A stretch of DNA of 64,000 nucleotides from the IMG/VR virus record IMGVR_UViG_3300037755_000591, positions 17,365-81,364 of that record; one strand, written 5' to 3'. Positions 53,435-62,297 of the stretch are shown one piece after another (positions within the stretch are counted from its first letter, which is position 1; the number at the start of each line of letters is the position of its first letter). The stretch comes from a virus. Its lineage: Duplodnaviria > Caudoviricetes. The notes under the pieces are model-generated. The model saw only the letters and a list, made by a program, of their open reading frames with translations. It did not search any database and had not been told where the DNA came from. A program made the position numbers and the translations under genes.

Positions 53435-55816
53435 CTACTTCACAATCTTGAATTGAAGACTGCGTTGATAGTTCTCTTTGTTCAGTATTTGCTTCTTGAG
53501 AATTACCCCGTCCGTCGAATTGACGAAGTAATTTTCGTTACCATTTCGTTGAGCGTATTTCACCATACCCCGCTCATTATCACCTTCCCCAAGGGTATAG
53601 CCGGAGGTCATCAATTCCGTCCCCCATCCCTCATCAGCGGCACAACCAAGGTCGTGCATACAGTAGCGAGTTGACCAGTCCTCAAGATCGTCACGGGCTG
53701 GAATACCCGGCACATACGGTTCATTAAACCATGTGCCGCTCTCAGAGCGCCATACAGAACGTTTGATTGCGGGATTAGTCAACACCTCATTGATGTCATT
53801 GAACATATATTGCCAGTCTTGATGTGCGCCAGAAGGGGTTAACGTCGGTTTCTCCGATGGCTTCTTGCAGTAGATATGCACGTCATTGGTGGTGCAATAT
53901 TTACCATCATCATTGTTGTTGAAGAACATCTTGATGAACTCTACTTGCGTCCAGCCATCTCGTTCTTTGGAGTCTTGGGATATATGATGGCTAGTCGCCC
54001 AACCGGGTCCCGTGGCCCACATGCCTTCACTTTGATTCCACAAGAATTTAATCATGCCATGCAGACCGTGCATATTGGTTAACACATCGTCTGCATCGGG
54101 CTTCAGGCTGCTAGCAAATTCGTTCAGCGGGGTTAACCGTGCTACCAAGTCATGAAATTCTGGCCGTGACCCTATCGCGTCGATCAAATCTCGTGCTAAC
54201 CATTGCCATGGCCCCTCCCAAGCATCTTCGCGCATAAAGCGCGTTCCGAGTCGTCCGCCAGCATGGTAGCCGCCGTCGATATATGACTTAAATGAACAAT
54301 TCGGCCACAATCCACCGAGCGCATCCATGATACAGATGTCCAAATACACTTGAGGCAGTCCATTATCATCACGGTAAAACTGATGAATGTGTTGTAACAC
54401 TTCGAGATAGTTGTTGACAATTTGGGCATTGCTTAACAATGCATTAGCGGCTATCGAACGCCAGAGAATGTTGTAAATCGGTTCCCCTGATGCATCCGGG
54501 TGGGATTGCCAATTCGGGGCAGTTTGTTTGCCCAGTTCCTCCCGAAGATGCTTCTTGTTGAAGCCATTCTCTATAAGGCGCGGATCACCATTTTTATCAT
54601 TGATGGTATGTACCCACCGGCGACCGTTCCAGCCTAGCAATTGGGTAGGCCGCTCTTTATTCCAATGGTGAACGATATAATGTCGTCCCTGATATTCCAC
54701 TTCTACTAGCGGATGTTGTTTCGGTTGGAGTGTGCCATAAAAAACTTCAGGGTTGGGTTGGGGATCAGGGTCAGGTGGCGGCACAACGATAACCGGGTCA
54801 CCAACCTTGTAGTTGAGAGCTTTTAATTCAGCAGTCGTCCCGAAAAAGACATTGAGGTCAATTTTCGAGCTTTGAACGGGCGGGTTGCTCAAGTCAGCAT
54901 CGGGAAAAGCAGATAAGATAGGAAATTCACCCTTTTGCCAAAAAGTTATCTTATCCCAAGGTGCAGGAACAATAGGTTTTTCAACGTACCATTCCGCTAG
55001 CCATAGTGGATATTTGGCAAGGAATGACCAATCGCCGGGGTCCATATCCATCATATGTTTGATATACGACCGACGCGAATAAAACGTGCCGATGTAACCA
55101 GAAATCGCTTCAAGGTGGTCAAATGCCCGTTTGACTTCGAGCCGCTTTGGGGGACGCGCCTCATTAAACGTGCTTTCGAAATCAAGTGCGAAAACGCCGT
55201 CGATATGATCTTTTGCCGCGTTCCAGAAAACTTCAACCTGAGCTTCAACCGGTCTTGAAACCAACCAGTAATGATAACCCATGCGGCGAACATCGAAGCC
55301 CTTAAATCCAGTGGCGTACTCAACGAAGCGTGGATCAACCGTCAGTCCATCGGACACATTCATAAACACAAACTTCCAATATCGCGCTAGAAATGTTGGA
55401 TCAATGCGCCCTTGATACCAAGAAATATCACCACCATTGACAATCGAATTGCCACCGGGATCAACCGGATCATCAATTTCAAGATAACGTTCCGGGTCCG
55501 AAGGCGGCCCAGAAGCCACCCATAATCCAGAGTGTTCGGGCTTGGTTCCTTCATATACCATCCACCAGACAAAACCACCAGCCGCAACTTTTGAATCCGC
55601 TAGCACTTTTAGTTTTGTGCCTTTGGCCAATCGGTCAATTCGGGTTGCTCCGTTGACGACCGTATCGGAACGAATATTTAAGCCGTCGTTGGCTTTAACG
55701 ACAGCATTGTATGATACCGGTTCAGGGTCCGGTATCGGCAGAGTGGGGTCATGTTCCCACTCACTTTTGAGCTTCTTCTCCCCCGTTTCAGGGTCAGTAT
55801 AATAAACTTCGTACAT
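53435..55816 (-). CDS. modular endolysin: SH3b + GH25 muramidase + GH5-like domain
   Basis: DGLNIRS SH3b; GGDISWYQG, GYHYW, LDFES GH25; Pro linker; PLNEF and WRSESG clan GH-A glutamates. Confidence 0.85.
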   Translation of the reverse strand: MYEVYYTDPETGEKKLKSEWEHDPTLPIPDPEPVSYNAVVKANDGLNIRSDTVVNGATRIDRLAKGTKLKVLADSKVAAGGFVWWMVYEGTKPEHSGLWVASGPPSDPERYLEIDDPVDPGGNSIVNGGDISWYQGRIDPTFLARYWKFVFMNVSDGLTVDPRFVEYATGFKGFDVRRMGYHYWLVSRPVEAQVEVFWNAAKDHIDGVFALDFESTFNEARPPKRLEVKRAFDHLEAISGYIGTFYSRRSYIKHMMDMDPGDWSFLAKYPLWLAEWYVEKPIVPAPWDKITFWQKGEFPILSAFPDADLSNPPVQSSKIDLNVFFGTTAELKALNYKVGDPVIVVPPPDPDPQPNPEVFYGTLQPKQHPLVEVEYQGRHYIVHHWNKERPTQLLGWNGRRWVHTINDKNGDPRLIENGFNKKHLREELGKQTAPNWQSHPDASGEPIYNILWRSIAANALLSNAQIVNNYLEVLQHIHQFYRDDNGLPQVYLDICIMDALGGLWPNCSFKSYIDGGYHAGGRLGTRFMREDAWEGPWQWLARDLIDAIGSRPEFHDLVARLTPLNEFASSLKPDADDVLTNMHGLHGMIKFLWNQSEGMWATGPGWATSHHISQDSKERDGWTQVEFIKMFFNNNDDGKYCTTNDVHIYCKKPSEKPTLTPSGAHQDWQYMFNDINEVLTNPAIKRSVWRSESGTWFNEPYVPGIPARDDLEDWSTRYCMHDLGCAADEGWGTELMTSGYTLGEGDNERGMVKYAQRNGNENYFVNSTDGVILKKQILNKENYQRSLQFKIVK

Positions 55817-55829
55817 CAGTTTCTCCTAA

Positions 55830-56073
55830 TCATTTACTTGCGAATCGGATAATTCTCCACAGGCGAATCCAAAAACTGTTTCGTTTAGGCAGGTGTAGCG
55901 TTAATTCGAATTGGCCTTCACCTTCATGAATATGCAATTCACAATTTTCATTTTAGTGCATCTATGAAAATATCCTTATGAACATATTCGGCATTGTCTA
56001 AACGAATCATCCCGTGTTCATCGAAGGGATAGACACCCCCAAATGTTATAGTGGTTTGGTGCTTAATAGCCAT
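55830..56073 (-). pseudogene. 80-aa gene split by a 1-nt frameshift
   Basis: MAIKHQTT...DALK stops at 55948; the +1 frame continues NENCELHIH...FASK to 55830. Confidence 0.45.
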
Positions 56074-56320
56074 GTTGCGCTAACCATGCTTTTTCAGCCG
56101 CTCTTCTGGCACGGGAAGTCTTTAATTCGGCAATCCGTTTTTCGGCCAACTGCTTATTGAGCGGGGCCTGCTTTTTATGCTTTATCTTCGCCTCATTTTT
56201 CTTGACAGTAGCCGCTTTCTTGGCTTCAAGCCGTTTTTCCGCCTTAGCCAAGCGAATACGCTTTTCCCGCGCTTTGCGCTTTTGTTCCTTTTGTCGAAAT
56301 GCTTTGGAATAGGTTTTCAT
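56063..56320 (-). CDS. small Lys/Arg/Ala-rich basic protein
   Basis: 85 aa, ATGA coupling. Confidence 0.65.
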   Translation of the reverse strand: MKTYSKAFRQKEQKRKAREKRIRLAKAEKRLEAKKAATVKKNEAKIKHKKQAPLNKQLAEKRIAELKTSRARRAAEKAWLAQHGY

Positions 56321-56559
56321 GACTGAACTTTCATTCGAGACTTTTGAACATGGTCACTAATGCCGGCTGGAACACGCGCTAGTCGTGCTACCCATCCCAT
56401 TAGGGCAATTAAGTAGATAAACAGAAGGAAAAATGGCAGGTCACCCATTTCGCCCTCTACAAAGGCTACCGTCAATCCAGCTTGTGACCCGAATAGAACT
56501 AACAAAAGTAGAACATGTGTCCAACGTATATTGTACCATACATCTTTTTGGTCATTCAT
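56317..56559 (-). CDS. two-TM membrane protein, holin candidate
   Basis: Two hydrophobic helices and a basic C-terminus, about 500 bp upstream of the endolysin. Confidence 0.45.
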   Translation of the reverse strand: MNDQKDVWYNIRWTHVLLLLVLFGSQAGLTVAFVEGEMGDLPFFLLFIYLIALMGWVARLARVPAGISDHVQKSRMKVQS

Positions 56560-57091
56560 CCGTCAATATTCCTTCCTGTAAATAGGCTGCATAGGCTCTC
56601 ATTAGATGATATTGAACAGTGTCATCGGTTGCTTTTTTAGAGATTGTCTTCAGGAATTTGCGGTAGGATTGGGGAACCTTGCCTACTTCATCAATGTATT
56701 CTTTCTGAAGTTCTCGAATTTCTGCTTCCAGCGCGGCCTCGTCCTCTTCGTCCGGCTCATAAGGCATAAAAGCCGAATAAATAACATCCCAAATATGTTT
56801 CGTGCTGAAGTCCCCGATCAGGGCGCGAAGCTGATTGAATACACAATTTTCTTTGTGTGGCTCAATATCGCTACCGACTTCCCCGCAGTCTTTGCAATAT
56901 TTATGCCCCCATAAATTAGTGTCAAAGGTGCGCTGCGGTTCAATCAGTTTGCCGATAATCGCTAACAATAATTCAGTGTCGCTAAAAGCCTTATCCTCTT
57001 TAATATTGAGTTCCGCTATCGCCTCGCGTAATTTGGCGAGTACATCACCCTGATCCACATTGACGACAATATCTAGTTTATTATTTGGCAT
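56552..57091 (-). CDS. hypothetical protein
   Basis: 179 aa, CKDC...HKENC metal-binding-like motif. Confidence 0.65.
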   Translation of the reverse strand: MPNNKLDIVVNVDQGDVLAKLREAIAELNIKEDKAFSDTELLLAIIGKLIEPQRTFDTNLWGHKYCKDCGEVGSDIEPHKENCVFNQLRALIGDFSTKHIWDVIYSAFMPYEPDEEDEAALEAEIRELQKEYIDEVGKVPQSYRKFLKTISKKATDDTVQYHLMRAYAAYLQEGILTDE

Positions 57092-58079
57092 CGTATAGAC
57101 TCCCGCCCCATCGGGCTGTATAAGTTCGCGGACAAATTGTTATTGGGTCTATGTCGGTTATTTTGTTTTTCACGTCGATGGTAATTAAGCCAAACCCTAG
57201 CTGAGATAAATCATGTTTTTTACTTTTAGGATTCCCCCAAATAATACGTTTGAGGCAACCGGTCGTTACTGATCTTGCCGTAATCAGTTCCCCTCCCTCA
57301 TTAAGCGTTACTTCGTGTAGTGTTGTACGATGCACATGTCCGGCAATCATCCCATTAAATCGCTGCCCGTAACGATCAAACCCATCCTTGGCGGCATGTT
57401 TCGTTTCAAGTAGTCCGTGAGCCAGAAGTAAATCATTTCTGAAAGCATACTGCTCAACGTCCCATCCCAACCACAAGGTTCCCACCGACTTGATAGTCTC
57501 AACCACCGTTTTGTTGAACGTTTTCTGGATCATGGGCGCATGAAGTGATAACCATCGCACTACCCGTTTATCGTGATTGCCCACAATTGAAAACTTAATA
57601 ACACCGGGCAGGAAACTATCAATCATCTCGTGATATTTTCGATAATGGTTTTCGGTTGGTTCCCATATATCTTTGGATTGAGATGCAACCGAAGCTGGAT
57701 ACTTCGATAGGGTAGGTAGGTCGAAAGCATCGTTCAAATCCGTCATTAAATGCGGATTGAACTCCTGTCCGACTTTAAGCGCTACTCGAATCGCCTTCCA
57801 GTCGGCATAAGGATGATGTGTGTCTGACATAAACAGAATACGAATCTCGTCATTCCTCGCATAGAGCCGATCCACAATCTCGTTGAAGATTATTAAATCT
57901 GGCTCACCTTCGCTCTGGGCCACGGTCGCTTCTTTTAACTTCTTCATCCAACGCCGTTGCGTGCGTATTGGCACATTGAACTTATTGGCGATTTCGGCGC
58001 GGGTCAGACCGTTTTTGTGAGCGTCAGCAATGGAAGCTGCACGCTCGACGGTAAATTTAGACACTTTGGACACTCGCAA
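57081..58079 (-). CDS. calcineurin-like metallophosphoesterase with N-terminal HTH
   Basis: SDTH, DAFD, GNHD, AHG, GHVH motifs; LTRAEIANKFNVPIRT HTH. Confidence 0.85.
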   Translation of the reverse strand: MRVSKVSKFTVERAASIADAHKNGLTRAEIANKFNVPIRTQRRWMKKLKEATVAQSEGEPDLIIFNEIVDRLYARNDEIRILFMSDTHHPYADWKAIRVALKVGQEFNPHLMTDLNDAFDLPTLSKYPASVASQSKDIWEPTENHYRKYHEMIDSFLPGVIKFSIVGNHDKRVVRWLSLHAPMIQKTFNKTVVETIKSVGTLWLGWDVEQYAFRNDLLLAHGLLETKHAAKDGFDRYGQRFNGMIAGHVHRTTLHEVTLNEGGELITARSVTTGCLKRIIWGNPKSKKHDLSQLGFGLITIDVKNKITDIDPITICPRTYTARWGGSLYDAK

Positions 58080-58732
58080 ACATAGCGTTCTTCGCTAGTA
58101 AGGAAAACTTTACGTTCCTCATCGACGTGACGATAAGGTAACCATTTTAATTCGGTTGATCCTGTCCATCCCTTCTCCCAAAGATAATAACAATAATTTA
58201 TTTGATTAGTGCTACCACTACCATCGAAACTCACGCGCTGGACAATCGACACAACCTGCTTAGGCGGGATTTGGGTGAAGATATTTACATATCGTTCAGC
58301 GGATGAGACATAATCCGCCGGAAACAGATAAATCATTTGACCGCCGTCTTTGAGCAACCGCCACCCATTTATCATAAACTGCATCGCACGGCTAAACGGG
58401 GGATTGCCGATAATATAATCAAATGCCAGTCCATTAAAGGGTGTTCGCCCCGCGAAGTCCCCGCGTTGCCAGATGGTATACCCCTCTGGACGGGGAATAT
58501 CCCGAATATCCACGCCATAGGTAATTGTGTTGCAGTATCGGCGACGAAATGCTTGTCCATAAACACCCGTGCCAGCGCCGGGGTCTAATACCCAATATGG
58601 ATATACACTTGGCTTAATGTCGAGTAAACGAATGGCCAGATCAGCTACCTCGTTCGGTGTTTCGTAAAAATCGGAGGCGCGACGCTTGGGAAGTTTGTTT
58701 TTATCAGGAATCCAACTATATGACTGGGCCAT
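58004..58732 (-). CDS. DNA amino-methyltransferase (N6-adenine type)
   Basis: Start MAQSY; DFYETP, LDPGAGTG, GNPPF. Confidence 0.85.
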   Translation of the reverse strand: MAQSYSWIPDKNKLPKRRASDFYETPNEVADLAIRLLDIKPSVYPYWVLDPGAGTGVYGQAFRRRYCNTITYGVDIRDIPRPEGYTIWQRGDFAGRTPFNGLAFDYIIGNPPFSRAMQFMINGWRLLKDGGQMIYLFPADYVSSAERYVNIFTQIPPKQVVSIVQRVSFDGSGSTNQINYCYYLWEKGWTGSTELKWLPYRHVDEERKVFLTSEERYVCECPKCLNLPSSVQLPLLTLTKTV

Positions 58733-59789
58733 TTTCCACCATATCCCAATTGTGTTTAGCAAAGATGATCGGCAACAAATCTTTGTCATCGAGCATCGCA
58801 AAAAGGTAGGGGGCTAATCTTTTATGTTCAGCCTGAACCCATAGCGCGAAGTTCTTCCGATTGTATTTGTCAGGGGCCATGGTATATGCTTCGATGATTC
58901 GAGAAAGCATATGATCCAATTCGTCAGTAATTTGAGATTGCCATCGTTCCACATCGCCGATAAATTCATCCGGGATGATCGCTTTCAATTCATTGATCGT
59001 TCCATTCTGAATCGCTTCTAAAACGCGCTTGAAGCTCAATCCAGATAGAACTTTATGCAATTCCAGATACTTCGGTGATTTGAATTTAAATCGGGAGCCG
59101 TCTGTAAATTCGGCGACAAACCCTTCACCAGAAAGCCCCATGTCTTGACATCGAGCAGCAATATCATCGACATCAGCCCAAAAGGACATCGGACACCCGA
59201 AACCCCATTTAGTAGCCACTGCCTGAACCGTCGCCCAATCCTCATAGTTGTCAGTGAACCGGTCGCGGATCGCTAACAACACCAACTGCTCTTTATCTCC
59301 ATAATCAACAACTACTCGATTATCTGGATAAATAATTTCAAACAATAATGTCCATTCAGTGGGAAGACGGTTTAATTTATAGTTCGCATTGAGATATTCA
59401 GTCGCCCATATCGCCTGCTCACTATCGAAACTTCCCCGCGTGGCAATCTTAAACTGACCGTTATCGCGATAAAGAATGCCTAACGAGCCGTCCATTTTTT
59501 CATAGACACGTTTCACCTTGCCACCCGGAAACCGCCCCCGCTCCCCGTAGTTGAAGAACTTGTCAAAGGGACGCGCCTCAACAACGCGGGTACGACGATT
59601 GATAATTAATCCGCGACTTACCAATTCAAAAAAGTTCCATTCATCCCCGTATTGAGCTTCGGCTTTATAGCTGAACAGGAGAAGGTCACCAGATTGCTTA
59701 ACCGTTACCCGTCCGTATTTTTCCCAATGAGAATTGGGGTAATCAAACGCCAGATTAACAATATCGTAGATGCTTCTAATTAGGCTCAT
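58716..59789 (-). CDS. T4 Rnl1 (RnlA)-family RNA ligase
   Basis: SRGLI, PFDKFFN, EKMDGS, LLFEII, EGFV, FKFKS. Confidence 0.9.
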   Translation of the reverse strand: MSLIRSIYDIVNLAFDYPNSHWEKYGRVTVKQSGDLLLFSYKAEAQYGDEWNFFELVSRGLIINRRTRVVEARPFDKFFNYGERGRFPGGKVKRVYEKMDGSLGILYRDNGQFKIATRGSFDSEQAIWATEYLNANYKLNRLPTEWTLLFEIIYPDNRVVVDYGDKEQLVLLAIRDRFTDNYEDWATVQAVATKWGFGCPMSFWADVDDIAARCQDMGLSGEGFVAEFTDGSRFKFKSPKYLELHKVLSGLSFKRVLEAIQNGTINELKAIIPDEFIGDVERWQSQITDELDHMLSRIIEAYTMAPDKYNRKNFALWVQAEHKRLAPYLFAMLDDKDLLPIIFAKHNWDMVENGPVI

Positions 59790-59813
59790 AAAACCTCACT
59801 TATCTAAGCGGGA

Positions 59814-59890
59814 AGCCCTCGGCAGGACTCGAACCTGCAACCTTTCATCCGCATTCTCAGCGAAGCGCTCTACCCTTGAGCTACGAGGAC
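59814..59890 (-). tRNA. atypical tRNA, identity uncertain (GAG or AGA loop)
   Basis: Acceptor, D and T arms canonical; anticodon/variable region CTTCGCTGAGAATGCGGATGAAAGGTT does not fit a standard arm. Confidence 0.6.
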
Positions 59891-59954
59891 ATTATAGAAG
59901 CGGTGAACTGTCATACCGATAGCGATCCCTCCAAGGAACTATCATTCACCGCTA

Positions 59955-60027
59955 TAGCGGGAGCCAGATTCGAACTGACGGTCTCCGGGTTATGAAGCCG
60001 GCGCGTTGACCACTACGCTATCCCGCA
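59955..60027 (-). tRNA. tRNA-Met(CAT), initiator-like
   Basis: Cloverleaf with CAT anticodon, unpaired 1:72, C31:C39 mismatch; CCA not encoded. Confidence 0.85.
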
Positions 60028-60035
60028 ATAAATAC

Positions 60036-60401
60036 TTAGCTGGTTGTAGCCTTCACGTTAAAAATGTGTAACAAGTTCGTCAACACAAATGGGGCAACCC
60101 CGTGCCATTCGCTATCAAGCGGGCCATGTAAGTATTGCACCCCATCAAAATCTTCATCACTTAATACCTGTACTCCCAATTCTGTTTCCAGAACGAGAAT
60201 GCCCTTTTCGACGGCATAACGAATTACTTCACCCGCGATCTGGTTTCCATTGCTGGATACCATAACGGCACAGCCGTCAATAACCCGCATGTCCGGGTCC
60301 ATGCGGTGAATCATCACATGGAATCGGTCGGTGCTGCGGGGGTCCGCCTCGAATAGAATTAGATACTCCTGATTACCCCAACTGCCTTCTCGCTGGTGCA
60401 T
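60036..60401 (-). CDS. hypothetical protein
   Basis: 121-aa ORF. Confidence 0.6.
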   Translation of the reverse strand: MHQREGSWGNQEYLILFEADPRSTDRFHVMIHRMDPDMRVIDGCAVMVSSNGNQIAGEVIRYAVEKGILVLETELGVQVLSDEDFDGVQYLHGPLDSEWHGVAPFVLTNLLHIFNVKATTS

Positions 60402-60549
60402 AATTTCACCTGTTTTGTTAAGATAAGATTGCGTAAGTGTTGGTTAATTAAGCCAACCTAGCCATTTGACTACCTTGTCACATTATACTTCAAATGTGTT
60501 AATTTACAAAACTTTTGCTGAGTTTAGCGCATTACAATGCGCCGCGTTA

Positions 60550-61116
60550 TCAAAATTTGATAATTTCAATGGGTTTAATGTCATTAAAGTGCCTTTCACA
60601 ATCCGCTTTAATCGCCGATGTAATATGGCTGATTGCCCGTATCACGTCGGCGTTCTGAAAATCCAATCCGACACGGAATATTACCGAGCGCCCAATGTAC
60701 GGAACGCGGAATGTAATGTTTGATCCAGAATTGATGATAAAACCGCTTCCTAGGGAGCCATCGGCAAGTATTGATACTTCGTTCATTTGGTAACTATCAA
60801 TTTGGCGGATGGTTGTCGTCTCGTGATGTGGCATGAGCTTTACTGACTGCCCTTTCCATATGATTTCATGTGGGCGAAAGCTCACCGTCCATCTAAGGTT
60901 ATTAATGTCGCCTTGCCAGATTTCGTGCCGTCCGTATCGCAACATCTTTTGAATAACGTGCGGGGCCGTGTACTTATCTTGTACAACTATGCCGCCAGCT
61001 TTATCAATGATGGTTTTAATCTGGTGGATGACCTTATCAGTAGACGTATTCTTGTCACGGGTTTTCCAATATGGCATGTCCTCGGCGACAATGCCGTCAC
61101 GAGCTTTCGGGATCAT
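60550..61116 (-). CDS. hypothetical protein
   Basis: 188-aa ORF with GCAGG upstream. Confidence 0.65.
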   Translation of the reverse strand: MIPKARDGIVAEDMPYWKTRDKNTSTDKVIHQIKTIIDKAGGIVVQDKYTAPHVIQKMLRYGRHEIWQGDINNLRWTVSFRPHEIIWKGQSVKLMPHHETTTIRQIDSYQMNEVSILADGSLGSGFIINSGSNITFRVPYIGRSVIFRVGLDFQNADVIRAISHITSAIKADCERHFNDIKPIEIIKF

Positions 61117-61417
61117 TTAGTACCTGCTTTCTTACGTTTAAAGTGCTAACCCATAATCCTTTACTCTCAAATTCCACATAAAGATACTCCATTCGGAAGG
61201 TCGTAACAGTAAACGTAGGGTTTTCCCTCGCACATTTTATTAGCCAGTCAACCCAATCCGGTGAAGGCTGTAAATCAAAATGGATCGACAATAAATCTTC
61301 AGGACGAGTAATATTGAAGATTGAATAAAAATCTACCTTTACCTTTTCGCCAACCCATAATTGCATTTGTGCAGACACCAACTCATGTCGGGCATTTAAC
61401 CACGCATCGTCATACAT
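61097..61417 (-). CDS. hypothetical protein
   Basis: 106-aa ORF, TAATG coupling. Confidence 0.6.
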   Translation of the reverse strand: MYDDAWLNARHELVSAQMQLWVGEKVKVDFYSIFNITRPEDLLSIHFDLQPSPDWVDWLIKCARENPTFTVTTFRMEYLYVEFESKGLWVSTLNVRKQVLNDPESS

Positions 61418-62028
61418 TAACTATCTACTTTCTCCACAAAATCTATGTGAATCCATTCAGGCGTTTGGTTGTTAAACATTACTTCAACAAACGGCAGTTC
61501 TACTGTAGAAACAACGCCTATTCGGTCTCCAACCTGCACCTGTTCGCCGGGTGAATATCTGATGATGTCTATCTCGTCTATTGAATATTTATCAACCCCA
61601 TACATTTTTGTACGAATCTCAAAAGACCTTGGGGGAAGTATCTTTTCAATAACTCCTAATCTGCCCGTAAGCGCACCTGACTTGATCCGTACATGGTCAT
61701 TAACCGCGACGCTAAAATTTACTTTTTCAATGAAATCAGGGTAAACGTGAATCTGCATCTGATTACCAATATTCACCCAAATAGTCGGAAGGTTTATCCT
61801 CGCAATTGTACCGACCGTGCCTTCATATGCGGTTTTGACAATCATCACTCGATCACCGACCTTAAATGGTTGTTTGTGGACATAACCAATATTCAAAACG
61901 CGCTCTAATTCAGAACGAATTTCGTCCGGTAAACCAACCGCCTCGGCCCGCCGTTGATTATCATCCCACTTTAAAATGTCGATCAATACTTTTACCAACT
62001 TCTTGATACGGTTTGATTTAGCACCCAT
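61417..62028 (-). CDS. protein with three KOW-like repeats
   Basis: Start MGAKSN after GGAGG; FKVGDRVMIVKTAYEGTVGTI, AVNDHVRIKSGALTGRLGVI, YSPGEQVQVGDRIGVV. Confidence 0.7.
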   Translation of the reverse strand: MGAKSNRIKKLVKVLIDILKWDDNQRRAEAVGLPDEIRSELERVLNIGYVHKQPFKVGDRVMIVKTAYEGTVGTIARINLPTIWVNIGNQMQIHVYPDFIEKVNFSVAVNDHVRIKSGALTGRLGVIEKILPPRSFEIRTKMYGVDKYSIDEIDIIRYSPGEQVQVGDRIGVVSTVELPFVEVMFNNQTPEWIHIDFVEKVDS

Positions 62029-62296
62029 CGTCGCCGTCCTCCGGTTTTGGTGGCCGTAATAAATGCCGTCGAGCATCATCCCAAGGATAGTCACCATAAA
62101 AGAACCGCGCATAAGCAATAAATTCATCCGGCTTAAATTTAGAGAGATCATGCACAATGCCGCGCCAAATCAGACCGTATTTAAGGCACGCCAAGAAAAC
62201 ATACCACTTATGGCGAAGAACATACTTGAAATACTTCCAGTAAATCGGAAGGCTGCGTGTAAATAATCTGCCAACTGCTTGAAAGCCATTTATCAT
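62018..62296 (-). CDS. short DUF5662/HD-like protein, probably truncated
   Basis: HKWYVF...IVHDLSKF...EF..YARFF present; downstream His-rich half absent. Confidence 0.5.
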   Translation of the reverse strand: MINGFQAVGRLFTRSLPIYWKYFKYVLRHKWYVFLACLKYGLIWRGIVHDLSKFKPDEFIAYARFFYGDYPWDDARRHLLRPPKPEDGDDGC

Positions 62297-62297
62297 T

